In this document: positions 17,259 through 27,086 of the stretch, piece by piece
Layout: each line of letters starts with the position of its first letter
How positions within the stretch are numbered: the first letter of the stretch is position 1
Assembly: GCA_032654565.1 (NCBI GenBank)
Contig: JAULAX010000015.1
Location: 256,001 to 320,000 of the forward strand
DNA from: Anaeromyxobacteraceae bacterium
GTDB lineage: Bacteria > Myxococcota > Myxococcia > Myxococcales > Anaeromyxobacteraceae
Direction: 5' to 3'
Length of the DNA: 64,000 nucleotides
Translations under genes and position numbers: made by a program
Notes under the pieces: model-generated
Database searches by the model: none
What the model was told of the DNA's origin: nothing
Seen by the model: the letters and a program-made list of their open reading frames with translations, nothing else

Positions 17259-18152
17259 TCAGCTCTTCGGGATGGCCTTCAGGATCGCCCTCCCGTCCTT
17301 GACCTCCACCTTGAACTCCACCCGGCTGGCCTTGTGCGCCTTCATGATCTCCGGCGTCTGCTTGGCGATGGTCCGGGCGATGGCGTCGGGGGTGATGCCG
17401 GCCAGGTCCTGGTTGCAGCTCTTGCGCGCCGCCACGTAGGCCTCGTAGAGGGCCCGGGTCTGGGCGTCGACGCCGGCCGCGGCGGCGGGACGAGGGGCGG
17501 GGGCCGCAGGGCGGGCCGGCGGCGGTGCCGGGGTGGCCGGGCGCGCCGCGGGGGCTGGCGCGGCGGCGGCCGGGCGAGCCGGCGGCGCTCCCGCGGTGGG
17601 CGCGGTGGGAGCGGCGGGCCGGGCGGCGGGCGGCGGCGGGGCGGGGGCGGCCGCGGTGGTGGCGGCGGCGGGCGCCTCCTCGTCACCGAAGTCGGAGAGG
17701 TCGACGTCCTCCGCCTGGGTGTGGCGCAGCACCTCCTTCTTCCCCTTCACCCCGGCCGGCCCGACGCCGCGCTGCCTGGCGTGGAGCCGCGCCTTGAAGA
17801 CGTCGCGCCGGTAGGTCCCCTCCTCCTTCTCCCGCACGCTCCGCAGCCAGAGCCGCTCGTAGGAGATGAAGCGGGCGTGGAGCGACTGGATGCGGAAGCG
17901 GATCCCGGCGTTGCGGGTGAAGCGCTCCTTCAGCCGCGCCACCTTCTTCTTCAGCTCCTCGCGGGTCTTGTTGGGCTCGCTCCGCTCCACGCCGAGGAAC
18001 CACATCTCGTACTTGACCTTGAGCTCCTCGACCTCGGCCTCCAGCGCCGCGCAGGCGTCGGCCAGCTCGTCGGTGGCGTGGCGCTTGTCCTCCGGCGTCT
18101 CCGGCTGGGCCGGGGCACCGGGGCGCTGCGGGGGCTTGAGGGGGGCGGCCAC
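17259..18152 (-). CDS. MXAN_5187 C-terminal-domain-like myxobacterial protein
   Basis: LKVKYEMWFLGVERSEP N-terminus, Pro/Ala linker, VEFKVEVKDGRAILKA C-terminus. Confidence 0.7.
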   Translation of the reverse strand: MAAPLKPPQRPGAPAQPETPEDKRHATDELADACAALEAEVEELKVKYEMWFLGVERSEPNKTREELKKKVARLKERFTRNAGIRFRIQSLHARFISYERLWLRSVREKEEGTYRRDVFKARLHARQRGVGPAGVKGKKEVLRHTQAEDVDLSDFGDEEAPAAATTAAAPAPPPPAARPAAPTAPTAGAPPARPAAAAPAPAARPATPAPPPARPAAPAPRPAAAAGVDAQTRALYEAYVAARKSCNQDLAGITPDAIARTIAKQTPEIMKAHKASRVEFKVEVKDGRAILKAIPKS

Positions 18153-18155
18153 GGC

Positions 18156-19217
18156 TCAGACTCTAGCGCGCCGCCCGGCCGTCGCGAAGAGCGCCACCCC
18201 GAGCCCCAGGATGACGAGGGAGGTCCAGGTCCCCACCCCCAGCCCCAGCACCATGCCGCGCTCCACGTCGCCGCGGAAGCTCTCCACCAGGGCCCGGAGC
18301 ATGGCGTAGAGCACCAGCCAGCTGGCCAGCACCTGCCCGTGGAACCGCTTGCGCGGCCGGATCACCAGCACCAGCAGCAGGAACAGCCCCAGCTCGCCGA
18401 ACGACTCGTAGAGCTGGGTGGGGTGGAGCGGCAGCGTGGCGCTGCGGTCGGCGGCCAGGAAGGCGCCGGGCGTGGCCCGGCTGGCGAAGCTCTGGTAGGC
18501 GAGCGACTCGGGCGGGAAGTGGACCAGCCACGGCAGGTGGCTGGTCGACACGTCGCCCCAGCAGCAGCCGGCCCCGAAGCAGCCGAGCCGGCCGAAGAAG
18601 TGGCCCAGCGCCAGCGAGGGGATGAGGGTGTCGGCGTGGGAGAGGAAGTCCATGCCGTGGCGCCGCATGTAGAACCAGGCCACCAGCACGGCGCCGATCA
18701 GGCCGCCGTAGAAGACCAGCCCGCCCTCCCAGATGGCCAGCACCCGGGGGATGCGGCCGAAGGAGGTGGCGGCGAAGAAGGTGCCGGCCTCGAAGTAGTC
18801 CCGCCAGTTGACGAGGATGTAGTAGACGCGGCTCCCCACCAGCGCCGACACCAGGATCCAGAAGGTCAGGTCGGCGATCTGCTCGGGGTCCTGGCCGCGA
18901 CGCTTCCCCTCGCGCTGCGCCAGCCAGATGCCGAAGACGAAGCCGGCGGCGATGAGCAGGCCGTAGGTGTGGAGCGGCAGCCGCAGCTCGCCGTCGAGCA
19001 GCCCGCCCCGCCAGAGCAGCCCCAGCCCGGCCGCCAGCACCGCCGCCACCACCCAGTCGTCGGCCAGGGCCGCGAAGAAGGAGATGGGGTGGCCGTCGCG
19101 GGCCGAGCGGCGGCGCCAGGCCAGCGCCCGCCCCAGCACCACCACCAGGATGGCGAGCAGGGCCGCCGGCTTGACCAGCCCGGCCGGGATGACGATGGCG
19201 AAGAGGATGGGGAGCAT
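18156..19217 (-). CDS. lgt: Prolipoprotein diacylglyceryl transferase
   Basis: IWEGGLVFYGG, GRLGCF, HPTQLYE, ESFRGD. Confidence 0.95.
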   Translation of the reverse strand: MLPILFAIVIPAGLVKPAALLAILVVVLGRALAWRRRSARDGHPISFFAALADDWVVAAVLAAGLGLLWRGGLLDGELRLPLHTYGLLIAAGFVFGIWLAQREGKRRGQDPEQIADLTFWILVSALVGSRVYYILVNWRDYFEAGTFFAATSFGRIPRVLAIWEGGLVFYGGLIGAVLVAWFYMRRHGMDFLSHADTLIPSLALGHFFGRLGCFGAGCCWGDVSTSHLPWLVHFPPESLAYQSFASRATPGAFLAADRSATLPLHPTQLYESFGELGLFLLLVLVIRPRKRFHGQVLASWLVLYAMLRALVESFRGDVERGMVLGLGVGTWTSLVILGLGVALFATAGRRARV

Positions 19218-19795
19218 CAGCCCTTCTTGTTCGCCGGCCGGGCCGGCTCGCCGGGGAGCAGCACCAGCAGCAGCACGCCGACCACGATCATCGAGTCGGC
19301 GATGTTGAAGGTGGGCCAGTAGAGGTCGGGCCTCCTCCACCAGTGCCAGTCGATGAAGTCGACCACGTAGCCGCGCGCCAGCCGGTCGATGAAGTTCCCG
19401 ATGGCCCCGGCGAAGACCAGCGAGAGCGCCACCTGGGGCAGGCGCTGGGCCGGGGCCAGCCTGCGGAAGTAGACGAGGATGAAGATCACCGCGCCCAGCA
19501 GGGTCAGCGAGAAGACGGCGTTGCGGGTGGTGAGCGACAGGTCGCGGAAGAGCCCCCAGGCGGCGCCAGGGTTCTCGGCGTAGCGCATCCGCCACATGGG
19601 CGCCCAGACCACGTGGGGGTCGGTGGCGTAGGGCTCGAGGTGGCGGAAGGAGTAGAAGCCGGCCACCCGCGCCGACAGCGAGCCGTCGGTGCGGGCCAGG
19701 GCGGTGGTGAGCCGGTCCACGGCCATGAACTTGGTGACCTGGTCGGCCAGCAGGCCGACCCCGACGATGAGCAGGAAGAGGCGCCACTTGTTCAC
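19217..19795 (-). CDS. lspA: Signal peptidase II
   Basis: ENPGAAWG, GAIGNFIDR, VVDFID, WPTFNIADS. Confidence 0.95.
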   Translation of the reverse strand: MNKWRLFLLIVGVGLLADQVTKFMAVDRLTTALARTDGSLSARVAGFYSFRHLEPYATDPHVVWAPMWRMRYAENPGAAWGLFRDLSLTTRNAVFSLTLLGAVIFILVYFRRLAPAQRLPQVALSLVFAGAIGNFIDRLARGYVVDFIDWHWWRRPDLYWPTFNIADSMIVVGVLLLVLLPGEPARPANKKG

Positions 19796-22578
19796 GGGGT
19801 GCCCTCCCCCAGGGCCGCCACGCACTTGCCGCAGAGCTCCGGGTGGGCGGCGCTGCGCCCGGCGTCCTCGGCGAAGACCCAGCAGCGCGGGCACTTCACG
19901 CCCGGCGCCACCGCCACCGCCACCGCCAGCGGCCCGTCGGCCAGCGTCACCTTGGAGACGATGAGCAGCGTGGCCAGCTCGGCGCGGGCCGACTCCAGCA
20001 GGGCCCGCTGCGCCCCCTCGGCGTGGATCACCACCGCCGCCTCGGTGCTCTTGCCGATCAGCTTGGCGGCCCGGGCCGTCTCCAGCGCCTTCTGCACCAC
20101 CTCGCGCACCGCGAAGAGGGCGGCGTAGCGGGCCTGCAGCGCCTCGGCGCCGGCCGAGGGCGCCCGCCGCGGCAGCCCGGCCAGGAAGACCGAGCTGGCC
20201 GGGGCGCCCGGCAGGTAGCCCCAGGCCTCGCTGGCGGTGAAGGAGAGGATGGGGGCCAGCCAGGTGCAGAGGTCGTGGGCCACGTACCAGAGCACCGTCT
20301 GGGCGCTGCGGCGCGGCTTGCCGTCCTTGCGGGCGGTGTAGAGCCGGTCCTTGACCACGTCGAAGTAGAGGGCCGAGAGCTCCACCGCGCAGAGCTGCAT
20401 GGTGGCGTGGTAGGCGGTGTGGAACTCGTACCCCTCGTAGCCGGCGCGCACCTTCTCCTGCCAGGCCACCAGCCGGTCGAAGGCCCAGCGGTCGATCGGC
20501 TCCAGCTCGTCGAGCGGCACGGCGTCGCGGGCCAGGTCGAAGCCGTCGGTGGCCCCCAGCGCGTAGCGCAGGGTGTTGCGGATCTTGCGGTAGCCCTCGG
20601 CGAGGCCGTCGACGATCTCCTTGCCGATGCGGACGTCGTCGCGGTAGTCGGAGGCGCTCACCCAGAGCCGCAGCACGTCGGCGCCGAACTGCTTGATGAT
20701 CTCCTCCGGCGCCACCACGTTGCCGACGCTCTTCGACATGGCCTTGCCGTGCTCGTCGAGCACGAAGCCGTGGGTCAGCACCGCCCGGTAGGGGGCCCGC
20801 CCCTCGATGGCCACGCCGGTGAGCAGCGCCGAGTGGAACCAGCCGCGGTGCTGGTCGGAGCCCTCCAGGTAGAGGTCGACCGGGGCCCCCAGCCTGGGGT
20901 CGCGCGCCGCCACCGCCGCCCAGCTGACGCCCGAGTCCCACCAGACGTCGAGGATGTCCTGCTCGCGCCGGAAGGCGGCGCCGCCGCACTTCGCGCAGGT
21001 CGCACCCGCCGTGAACTCCTTCGGGTCGCGCTGGTACCAGGCCTCGATGCCGTCGGCCTCGAAGGCGTCGGCCACCCGGTTCATCAGCGCCGGCGAGACC
21101 AGCGGCTCGGCGCACCCCTCGCAGTAGAAGACCGGGATGGGCACGCCCCAGGTCCGCTGCCGCGACAGGCACCAGTCGGGCCGGTTCTCGATCATGTTGT
21201 AGATGCGCTCCCGCCCCCAGTGCGGGATCCAGTTGACCCGGTCGATCTCGGCCAGCGTCTTCTGCCGCATGCCGTCGTGGTCGAGCTTGAGGAACCACTG
21301 GTCGGTGGCCCGGAAGACCACCGGCTTGTGGCAGCGCCAGCAGTGCGGGTAGCTGTGCTTCAGCGTCGCCGCCGGGTCGGAGAGCAGGTGGCCGGAGGCC
21401 GCCAGGTCGGCGACGATGCGGGCGTTGGCCTCGAAGATCTTCTGGCCGGCGTAGGGCCCGGCCTCGGCGGTGAAGACGCCGGCGCCGTCCACCGGGTTGA
21501 GCACCGCCAGGCCGTACTGCTGCCCCACCACGTAGTCCTCGGCGCCGTGGCCGGGGGCGGTGTGCACCAGGCCGGTGCCGGCCTCCAGGGTGACGTGCTC
21601 GCCGAGGATCACCGGCGACTCCCGCCCCATGAACGGGTGGCGGTAGCTGAGCCCCTCCAGCGCCTTGCCCGGCAGCTCGGCCAGCAGCCGCTCCGGGTGG
21701 GCCAGCGCGGCGCCGGCGAGCTCGCCCGGGGCGCAGGCGGCCAGGAAGGCGCCCAGCAGGTCGCGGGCCACCACCACCACCGTGCCGGCGAGATCGTAGG
21801 CGGCGTAGCTGTAGTCGGCGCGGGCGGCGATGGCGAGGTTGGCCGGCAGCGTCCACGGGGTGGTGGTCCAGATCACCAGGCGGGCGGCCCGGCCGGCCAG
21901 CGCCGGGTTCGGCAGCGGCGAGGTGAGGTCGAAGGCCACGTGGATCGACGGCGAGGTGTGCTCCTCGTACTCCACCTCGGCCTCGGCCAGCGCGGTCCGG
22001 TCGGTGATGCACCAGTAGACCGGCTTCTTGCCGCGGATGAGGAAGCCGCGCTCGGCGGCGCGGGCCAGCGCCCGGACCGTGTCGGCCTCGTAGCGCTTGT
22101 CCATGGTGGCGTAGGGGGCCTCCCAGCGGCCGAAGATGCCGAGCCGCTTGAAGGAGACCCGCTGCTTGTCGATCCACTTGGCGGCGTAGGCCCGGCAGGC
22201 GCCGATGATGGCGGGCCGGTCCATGTCGCGCTTCTTCGGCCCCAGCTCCTTGTCCACCTTCAGCTCGATGGGCAGGCCGTGGCAGTCCCAGCCCGGAACG
22301 TAGTCGGCCACCTCGCCGTTCTGGTTCCGGTACTTGACGATGATGTCCTTGAGGATCTTGTTGAGGGCGTGGCCGATGTGGATGTCGCCGTTGGCGTAGG
22401 GCGGCCCGTCGTGCAGCACGAACTTCCTGGGGTTGGGCCGGGCGGCGTTCTGGTCCAGCACCTGCTGGTAGATCCCCGCCGCCTCCCAGGCGCGCAGGAT
22501 CTCCGGCTCCCGCGCGGCCAGGTTGGCCTTCATGGGGAAGTCGGTCTTGGGGAGATGGATGCTGTCCTTGTAGTCCAC
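19792..22578 (-). CDS. ileS: Isoleucine-tRNA ligase
   Basis: LHDGPPYANGDIHIGH, GWDCHGLP, AMSKS, C-terminal CPRCW zinc finger. Confidence 0.98.
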   Translation of the reverse strand: MDYKDSIHLPKTDFPMKANLAAREPEILRAWEAAGIYQQVLDQNAARPNPRKFVLHDGPPYANGDIHIGHALNKILKDIIVKYRNQNGEVADYVPGWDCHGLPIELKVDKELGPKKRDMDRPAIIGACRAYAAKWIDKQRVSFKRLGIFGRWEAPYATMDKRYEADTVRALARAAERGFLIRGKKPVYWCITDRTALAEAEVEYEEHTSPSIHVAFDLTSPLPNPALAGRAARLVIWTTTPWTLPANLAIAARADYSYAAYDLAGTVVVVARDLLGAFLAACAPGELAGAALAHPERLLAELPGKALEGLSYRHPFMGRESPVILGEHVTLEAGTGLVHTAPGHGAEDYVVGQQYGLAVLNPVDGAGVFTAEAGPYAGQKIFEANARIVADLAASGHLLSDPAATLKHSYPHCWRCHKPVVFRATDQWFLKLDHDGMRQKTLAEIDRVNWIPHWGRERIYNMIENRPDWCLSRQRTWGVPIPVFYCEGCAEPLVSPALMNRVADAFEADGIEAWYQRDPKEFTAGATCAKCGGAAFRREQDILDVWWDSGVSWAAVAARDPRLGAPVDLYLEGSDQHRGWFHSALLTGVAIEGRAPYRAVLTHGFVLDEHGKAMSKSVGNVVAPEEIIKQFGADVLRLWVSASDYRDDVRIGKEIVDGLAEGYRKIRNTLRYALGATDGFDLARDAVPLDELEPIDRWAFDRLVAWQEKVRAGYEGYEFHTAYHATMQLCAVELSALYFDVVKDRLYTARKDGKPRRSAQTVLWYVAHDLCTWLAPILSFTASEAWGYLPGAPASSVFLAGLPRRAPSAGAEALQARYAALFAVREVVQKALETARAAKLIGKSTEAAVVIHAEGAQRALLESARAELATLLIVSKVTLADGPLAVAVAVAPGVKCPRCWVFAEDAGRSAAHPELCGKCVAALGEGTP

Positions 22579-22645
22579 GGTGCGCCCTCGGAAGGAGAGC
22601 GGTTCTAGCAGCCGGAGGGGGCTTCGGGCTACCCTCCCCTCCGCC

Positions 22646-23584
22646 ATGGCCAGCGCCAAGGGGCGAGCGGCCCTCCTCATCCTCTCCCGCAACCAGAAGC
22701 TCTACTCGACGCGCCGCCTGGTCGCCGCGGCCCGGGCCCGCCGGCTCGAGCCGCGGGTGCTCGACACCCTGCGCTGCGACCTGCTGCTGGAGCGGACCGG
22801 GCCGCGCCTGTTCCACCGCGGCGTCGAGGTGCAGCCGTCGCGGGTGCGGGTGGTGATCCCGCGCATCGGCGCCTCCATCACCGGCTACGGCCTCTCGGTG
22901 CTCAACCAGCTCCACCTGATGGGCGTGCCGGTGCTCAACGGCGCCGTGGGCATCGGCCGCTCGCGCGACAAGCTGCGGGCGCTGCAGCTGCTGGCCGAGG
23001 CCGGCCTGGCCATCCCGCGCACCGCGCTCTGCCGCTACCGCGACGAGGTGCCGGCGGCGGTGGAGCTGGTGGGCGGCCTGCCCTGCATCATCAAGCTGGT
23101 GCGCGGGGCCCAGGGGGTGGGGGTGATGATCGCCAGCACCATGGCCGAGGTGACCGGCCTGCTCGACACCCTCTGGACGCTGGGGCAGGAGATCCTGCTG
23201 CAGGAGCTGGTCAAGGAGTCGCGGGGGCGCGACGTCCGGGCGCTGGTGATCGGCGGCGAGGTGGTCGCGGCCATGCGCCGCACCGCCCGGGCCGGCGAGT
23301 TCCGCTCCAACATCCACCGCGGCGGCGCCGCCACCCGGCTCGAGCTTCCGGATGACTACGGCCGGGCGGCCCTGACCGCGGCCCGGGTGGTGGGGCTGGA
23401 GGTGGCCGGGGTCGACCTGCTGGAGGCCAGCGACGGCCCCATGGTCATGGAGGTCAACAGCTCTCCGGGCTTCGAGGCGCTGGAGCGGGCCACCGGGCTC
23501 GACATCGCCGGGCGCTACGTGGACCACGCCGTGGCCTTCGCCGCCGCGTCCCGCAAGGTCCGGGTGAATGCGCCGGGGTCGTGA
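22646..23584 (+). CDS. rimK: RimK-family ATP-grasp ligase
   Basis: LYSTRRL, PRIGASITGYG, RSRDKLR, FRSNIHRGG, EVNSSPG. Confidence 0.88.
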   Translation: MASAKGRAALLILSRNQKLYSTRRLVAAARARRLEPRVLDTLRCDLLLERTGPRLFHRGVEVQPSRVRVVIPRIGASITGYGLSVLNQLHLMGVPVLNGAVGIGRSRDKLRALQLLAEAGLAIPRTALCRYRDEVPAAVELVGGLPCIIKLVRGAQGVGVMIASTMAEVTGLLDTLWTLGQEILLQELVKESRGRDVRALVIGGEVVAAMRRTARAGEFRSNIHRGGAATRLELPDDYGRAALTAARVVGLEVAGVDLLEASDGPMVMEVNSSPGFEALERATGLDIAGRYVDHAVAFAAASRKVRVNAPGS

Positions 23585-23634
23585 TACGTCTTGGGGTCTA
23601 AGGGGGCACCTCACGGCCCCCAAGGAGTGACCCG

Positions 23635-25017
23635 ATGATGAAGCGTGCCCTGCTGGCCCTGCTGGTGCCCTCGCTGCTCACCGGCTGCATGGTCGCCGCC
23701 CGCCCCTACCAACCCCAGCCGCAGCCCCAGTATGCCGAGCCGCCGCCGCCGCCCGCGTACCAGCCGCCGGCGCCCGCCTACCAGCCTCCGCCTCCGGCCT
23801 ACCAGCCGCCCGTGGCGACCTACCAGCCCCCGCCCCCGGCCTACCAGCCGCCCCCGGCGCCCGAGGTCTGGTACTACGGCGAGCACTTCGTCCCCGACGC
23901 GGTGGGCGGTGGCTGGTGCTACCTCGACGGCCCCCACACCCACGACTACTACCCGGAGCGCGACGACCACTACGTCGTCGAGGGGGGCTACTACTACTAC
24001 CGCGGCCCCTTCCAGTTCCTGTTCTACGAAGGCCACCCGCTCCCCGGTGGCGGCTGGTGCTTCCTGAGGGGCCCGCACCACCACGACTACTTCCCGCCGC
24101 GGAGCTCCGACTGGCGCTGGCAGCTGGGGCGCGGCTACGTCTACGGCGGTCACTACGCGCCGTCCCGTCCCCCCCCGGCCACCTACTGGCAGCGTGCGGC
24201 GCCGCCGCCGCCGCGGGTGACCCCGCCCCGGTCGCTCGACTGGTACCAGCCGCGCCCCGGCTTCCGCCCCCCGCCGCCCCGCCCGGCCCCTCCGGCCCGC
24301 GACGACAGGTACCGGCCGTCGCCGCAGCCCGACCGCGCCGCGCCCTCGGGCGTCTACCAGCCGCCGCGGGCCGCCCCCGTCGATCGGGAGCACGAGCGCG
24401 AGGCCAGGGATCGCCTGGAACGCGAGCAGCGCGAGCGGCAGCAGCACGAGCGGGACGACAAGGTCCGCGGCGAGCGCGAGCGTGAGGACCGGGCCCGCGG
24501 TGAGCGCGACCAGCGCGATCGTGAGACCAAGGCCCAGTTCGACCGCGACCAGCGCGAGCGCGAGGACAAGATCCGCGGCGAACGCGAGCAGCGTGAGCGC
24601 GAGACCAAGGGGCGCTTCGACCGCGACCAGCGCGAGCGTGAGGATCGGGCCCGCGGCGAGCGGGACCAGCGTGAGCGCGAGGACCGGGCCCGTGGCGAGC
24701 GCGACCAGCGCGAGCGCGAGGACCGCAGCCGGATGGCCCAGCCGCCCGGCCCGCCGATCCGGGTGTTGCCGCAGCAGCCGCCGCGGAACGAGACCCCCGC
24801 CTTCGTGCCCCCGCAGCAGCAGCAGCGCGGCTCATCCCCGGCCTACGTCCCTCCGCAGCAGCAGCAGCGGGCCCAGCCTCCGGTCGCCGCGCCGCCGGCC
24901 CCGTCACGGGTCTCCCCCCCGGCCGCCCGCGAGGACCGCGGTCGCGAGGAGAAGCCCAAGGCGGACAAGAAGGACGACAAGAAGGACTCCAGGGGGCGCT
25001 CCACCCGCGACGATTAG
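23635..25017 (+). CDS. Low-complexity lipoprotein with YQPP, His-rich and RE/D-rich repeats
   Basis: Lipobox LLTGC, GGAG RBS, repeated modules. Confidence 0.75.
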   Translation: MMKRALLALLVPSLLTGCMVAARPYQPQPQPQYAEPPPPPAYQPPAPAYQPPPPAYQPPVATYQPPPPAYQPPPAPEVWYYGEHFVPDAVGGGWCYLDGPHTHDYYPERDDHYVVEGGYYYYRGPFQFLFYEGHPLPGGGWCFLRGPHHHDYFPPRSSDWRWQLGRGYVYGGHYAPSRPPPATYWQRAAPPPPRVTPPRSLDWYQPRPGFRPPPPRPAPPARDDRYRPSPQPDRAAPSGVYQPPRAAPVDREHEREARDRLEREQRERQQHERDDKVRGEREREDRARGERDQRDRETKAQFDRDQREREDKIRGEREQRERETKGRFDRDQREREDRARGERDQREREDRARGERDQREREDRSRMAQPPGPPIRVLPQQPPRNETPAFVPPQQQQRGSSPAYVPPQQQQRAQPPVAAPPAPSRVSPPAAREDRGREEKPKADKKDDKKDSRGRSTRDD

Positions 25018-25090
25018 TCATCCCTGATCAGGGGCCGGGCCCCTCGATTCTGGAGTCAACGCCGCGACGCATCGTGCTAGCGTCCGGCGC

Positions 25091-27064
25091 ATGAACCCAC
25101 TGCTGACGTCGGCCCTCCTCCTCGTCGGGCTCGGGATCTTCACCTGGTCGGTGGTCACCCGGCTCCGCCCCCTCCTGGCGCTGCGGCGGGAGGATCGGAG
25201 CGACCGGACCGACGAGCGGCTCGGCGGCCTGCTCCGCTTCGGCTTCGGCCAGAAGCGGCTGGTCGACCCCGAGGAGCTGACCGCCGGCGTCCTGCACGTG
25301 GTCCTGTTCGCCGCCTTCCTGGTGCTGGCGCTCCGGACCGTCACCCTCTTCGGCGAGGGGTTCTCGGTCGGCTTCCACCTGCCGCTGCTCGGCCCCGACT
25401 CGGCGCTGGGGCGCGGCTACGACGTGGCCAAGAACGTGGTGGTCTGGGCGGCGCTGCTGGCGGCGCTCGGCTTCCTCTGGCGGCGGCTGGTGACCAGGCC
25501 GGCCCGCGTCACCGCCTCCTGGGAGGGGACGCTGGTGGTCGGCTTCATCATCGTCCTGATGGTGACCGAGATCCTCTACGACGAGGCCGGCACGCTCGGC
25601 CTCTCGGCCGGCGCCGCCGAGGCGGTGGCGCAGGGGAGCTTCTGGCTCCACCTGGTGGTGATCCTGCTCTTCCTCAACTTCCTCCCCATCGGCAAGCACT
25701 TCCACGTCATCACCGCGCTGCCCAACGTCTTCTTCCGCCGGCTGCCGCCCGAGGCGCGGCTGTCGAAGCTGGACCTCGAGTCGGAGGGGGCCCGCTTCGG
25801 CACCGCCACCGCCAAGGACCTCTCCTGGAAGGAGGGCTGGGACGTCTACAGCTGCACCGAGTGCGGCCGCTGCCAGACCCACTGCCCCACCCACGTCACC
25901 GGCAAGCCGCTCAGCCACAAGGAGGTCAACAAGGCCATCCGCAAGCACCTCGGCCAGGTCGGCCCGACGCTGGTGGAGCTGGCCGCCGCGAAGGATCCGG
26001 CGGCGCGCGAGGCCATCGCGGCGAAGCTGCCCCCCATCACCGAGGCGGTGGCCCCGGAGACCGCCTGGGCCTGCACCACCTGCGGCTGGTGCGAGACCGC
26101 CTGCCCGGTCCTCATCGAGAACATCCCCCGCCTCATCGACATCCGCCGCCAGGCGGTGCAGGTCGACTCGGTCTTCCCCGACGAGGCGGCCCGCATCTTC
26201 AAGGGGATCGAGACCCAGGGGAACCCCTGGGGCATCGGCTCCAACAAGCGCGCCGAGTGGTGCGAGGACCTGGCCATCCCGCGGGCCGCCGACGGCGGCG
26301 ACTACGAGTGGCTCTTCTTCGTGGGCTGCGCCGGGGCCTTCGACGACCGGCAGAAGAAGGTCTCGCGGGCCATCGTCCAGATCCTGCGCGAGGCCAGGGT
26401 GACCTTCGCCATCCTCGGCGAGGAGGAGACCTGCACCGGCGACGCCGCCCGCCGGCTCGGCAACGAGTACCTCTTCCAGATGCAGGCCGCCGCGCTCACC
26501 GAGACGCTCAACGGCCACGGGGTGAAGAAGATCCTGGTGCAGTGCCCGCACTGCCTCAACACCATCAAGAACGAGCTGCCCGACTTCGGCGGGCGCTACG
26601 AGGTGGTCCACCACGCCGAGCTGATCGCCAGGCTGGTGGCCGACGGCCGGCTCACCGTGGCCCGGGCCGAGGGGCTGGCCGGCACCGCGGTCACCTACCA
26701 CGACCCCTGCTACCTGGCCCGCTGGAACGGCGTGGTCGAGGCGCCGCGCGCGGTGCTGGCGGCGGCCGGCATCACCCCGGTGGAGATGCCGCGCAGCGGC
26801 CGGCAGGGGTTCTGCTGCGGCGCCGGCGGCGGGCGGATGTGGCTGGAGGAGCACCTCGGCACCCGCATCAACCAGAACCGGGTCACCGAGGCGGCCGAGA
26901 CGCTCGGCGCCGGCGGCGGGGTGGTGGCCACCGGCTGCCCCTTCTGCCTCACCATGGTGAAGGACGGCATCAACGAGCTGAGCCGCGAGGAGTCCATGAA
27001 GGCCATGGACATCGCCGAGATCGTGGTGCTGGGGCTGCCGAAGCGCGCCGCCCCGCCGGTGTAG
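25091..27064 (+). CDS. FadF/HdrD-like membrane Fe-S oxidoreductase with CCG domains
   Basis: TM N-terminus, two CxxCxxCxxxCP motifs, YHDPCYL, CCGAGGG, CPFC. Confidence 0.9.
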   Translation: MNPLLTSALLLVGLGIFTWSVVTRLRPLLALRREDRSDRTDERLGGLLRFGFGQKRLVDPEELTAGVLHVVLFAAFLVLALRTVTLFGEGFSVGFHLPLLGPDSALGRGYDVAKNVVVWAALLAALGFLWRRLVTRPARVTASWEGTLVVGFIIVLMVTEILYDEAGTLGLSAGAAEAVAQGSFWLHLVVILLFLNFLPIGKHFHVITALPNVFFRRLPPEARLSKLDLESEGARFGTATAKDLSWKEGWDVYSCTECGRCQTHCPTHVTGKPLSHKEVNKAIRKHLGQVGPTLVELAAAKDPAAREAIAAKLPPITEAVAPETAWACTTCGWCETACPVLIENIPRLIDIRRQAVQVDSVFPDEAARIFKGIETQGNPWGIGSNKRAEWCEDLAIPRAADGGDYEWLFFVGCAGAFDDRQKKVSRAIVQILREARVTFAILGEEETCTGDAARRLGNEYLFQMQAAALTETLNGHGVKKILVQCPHCLNTIKNELPDFGGRYEVVHHAELIARLVADGRLTVARAEGLAGTAVTYHDPCYLARWNGVVEAPRAVLAAAGITPVEMPRSGRQGFCCGAGGGRMWLEEHLGTRINQNRVTEAAETLGAGGGVVATGCPFCLTMVKDGINELSREESMKAMDIAEIVVLGLPKRAAPPV

Positions 27065-27086
27065 GGCCGCGCCTGGGGGGTACTCC

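Noticed and set aside
19217..23623. 1468-aa ORF
   Set aside because: GC-rich shadow frame over ileS and rimK; only its last 192 codons (lspA) are real.
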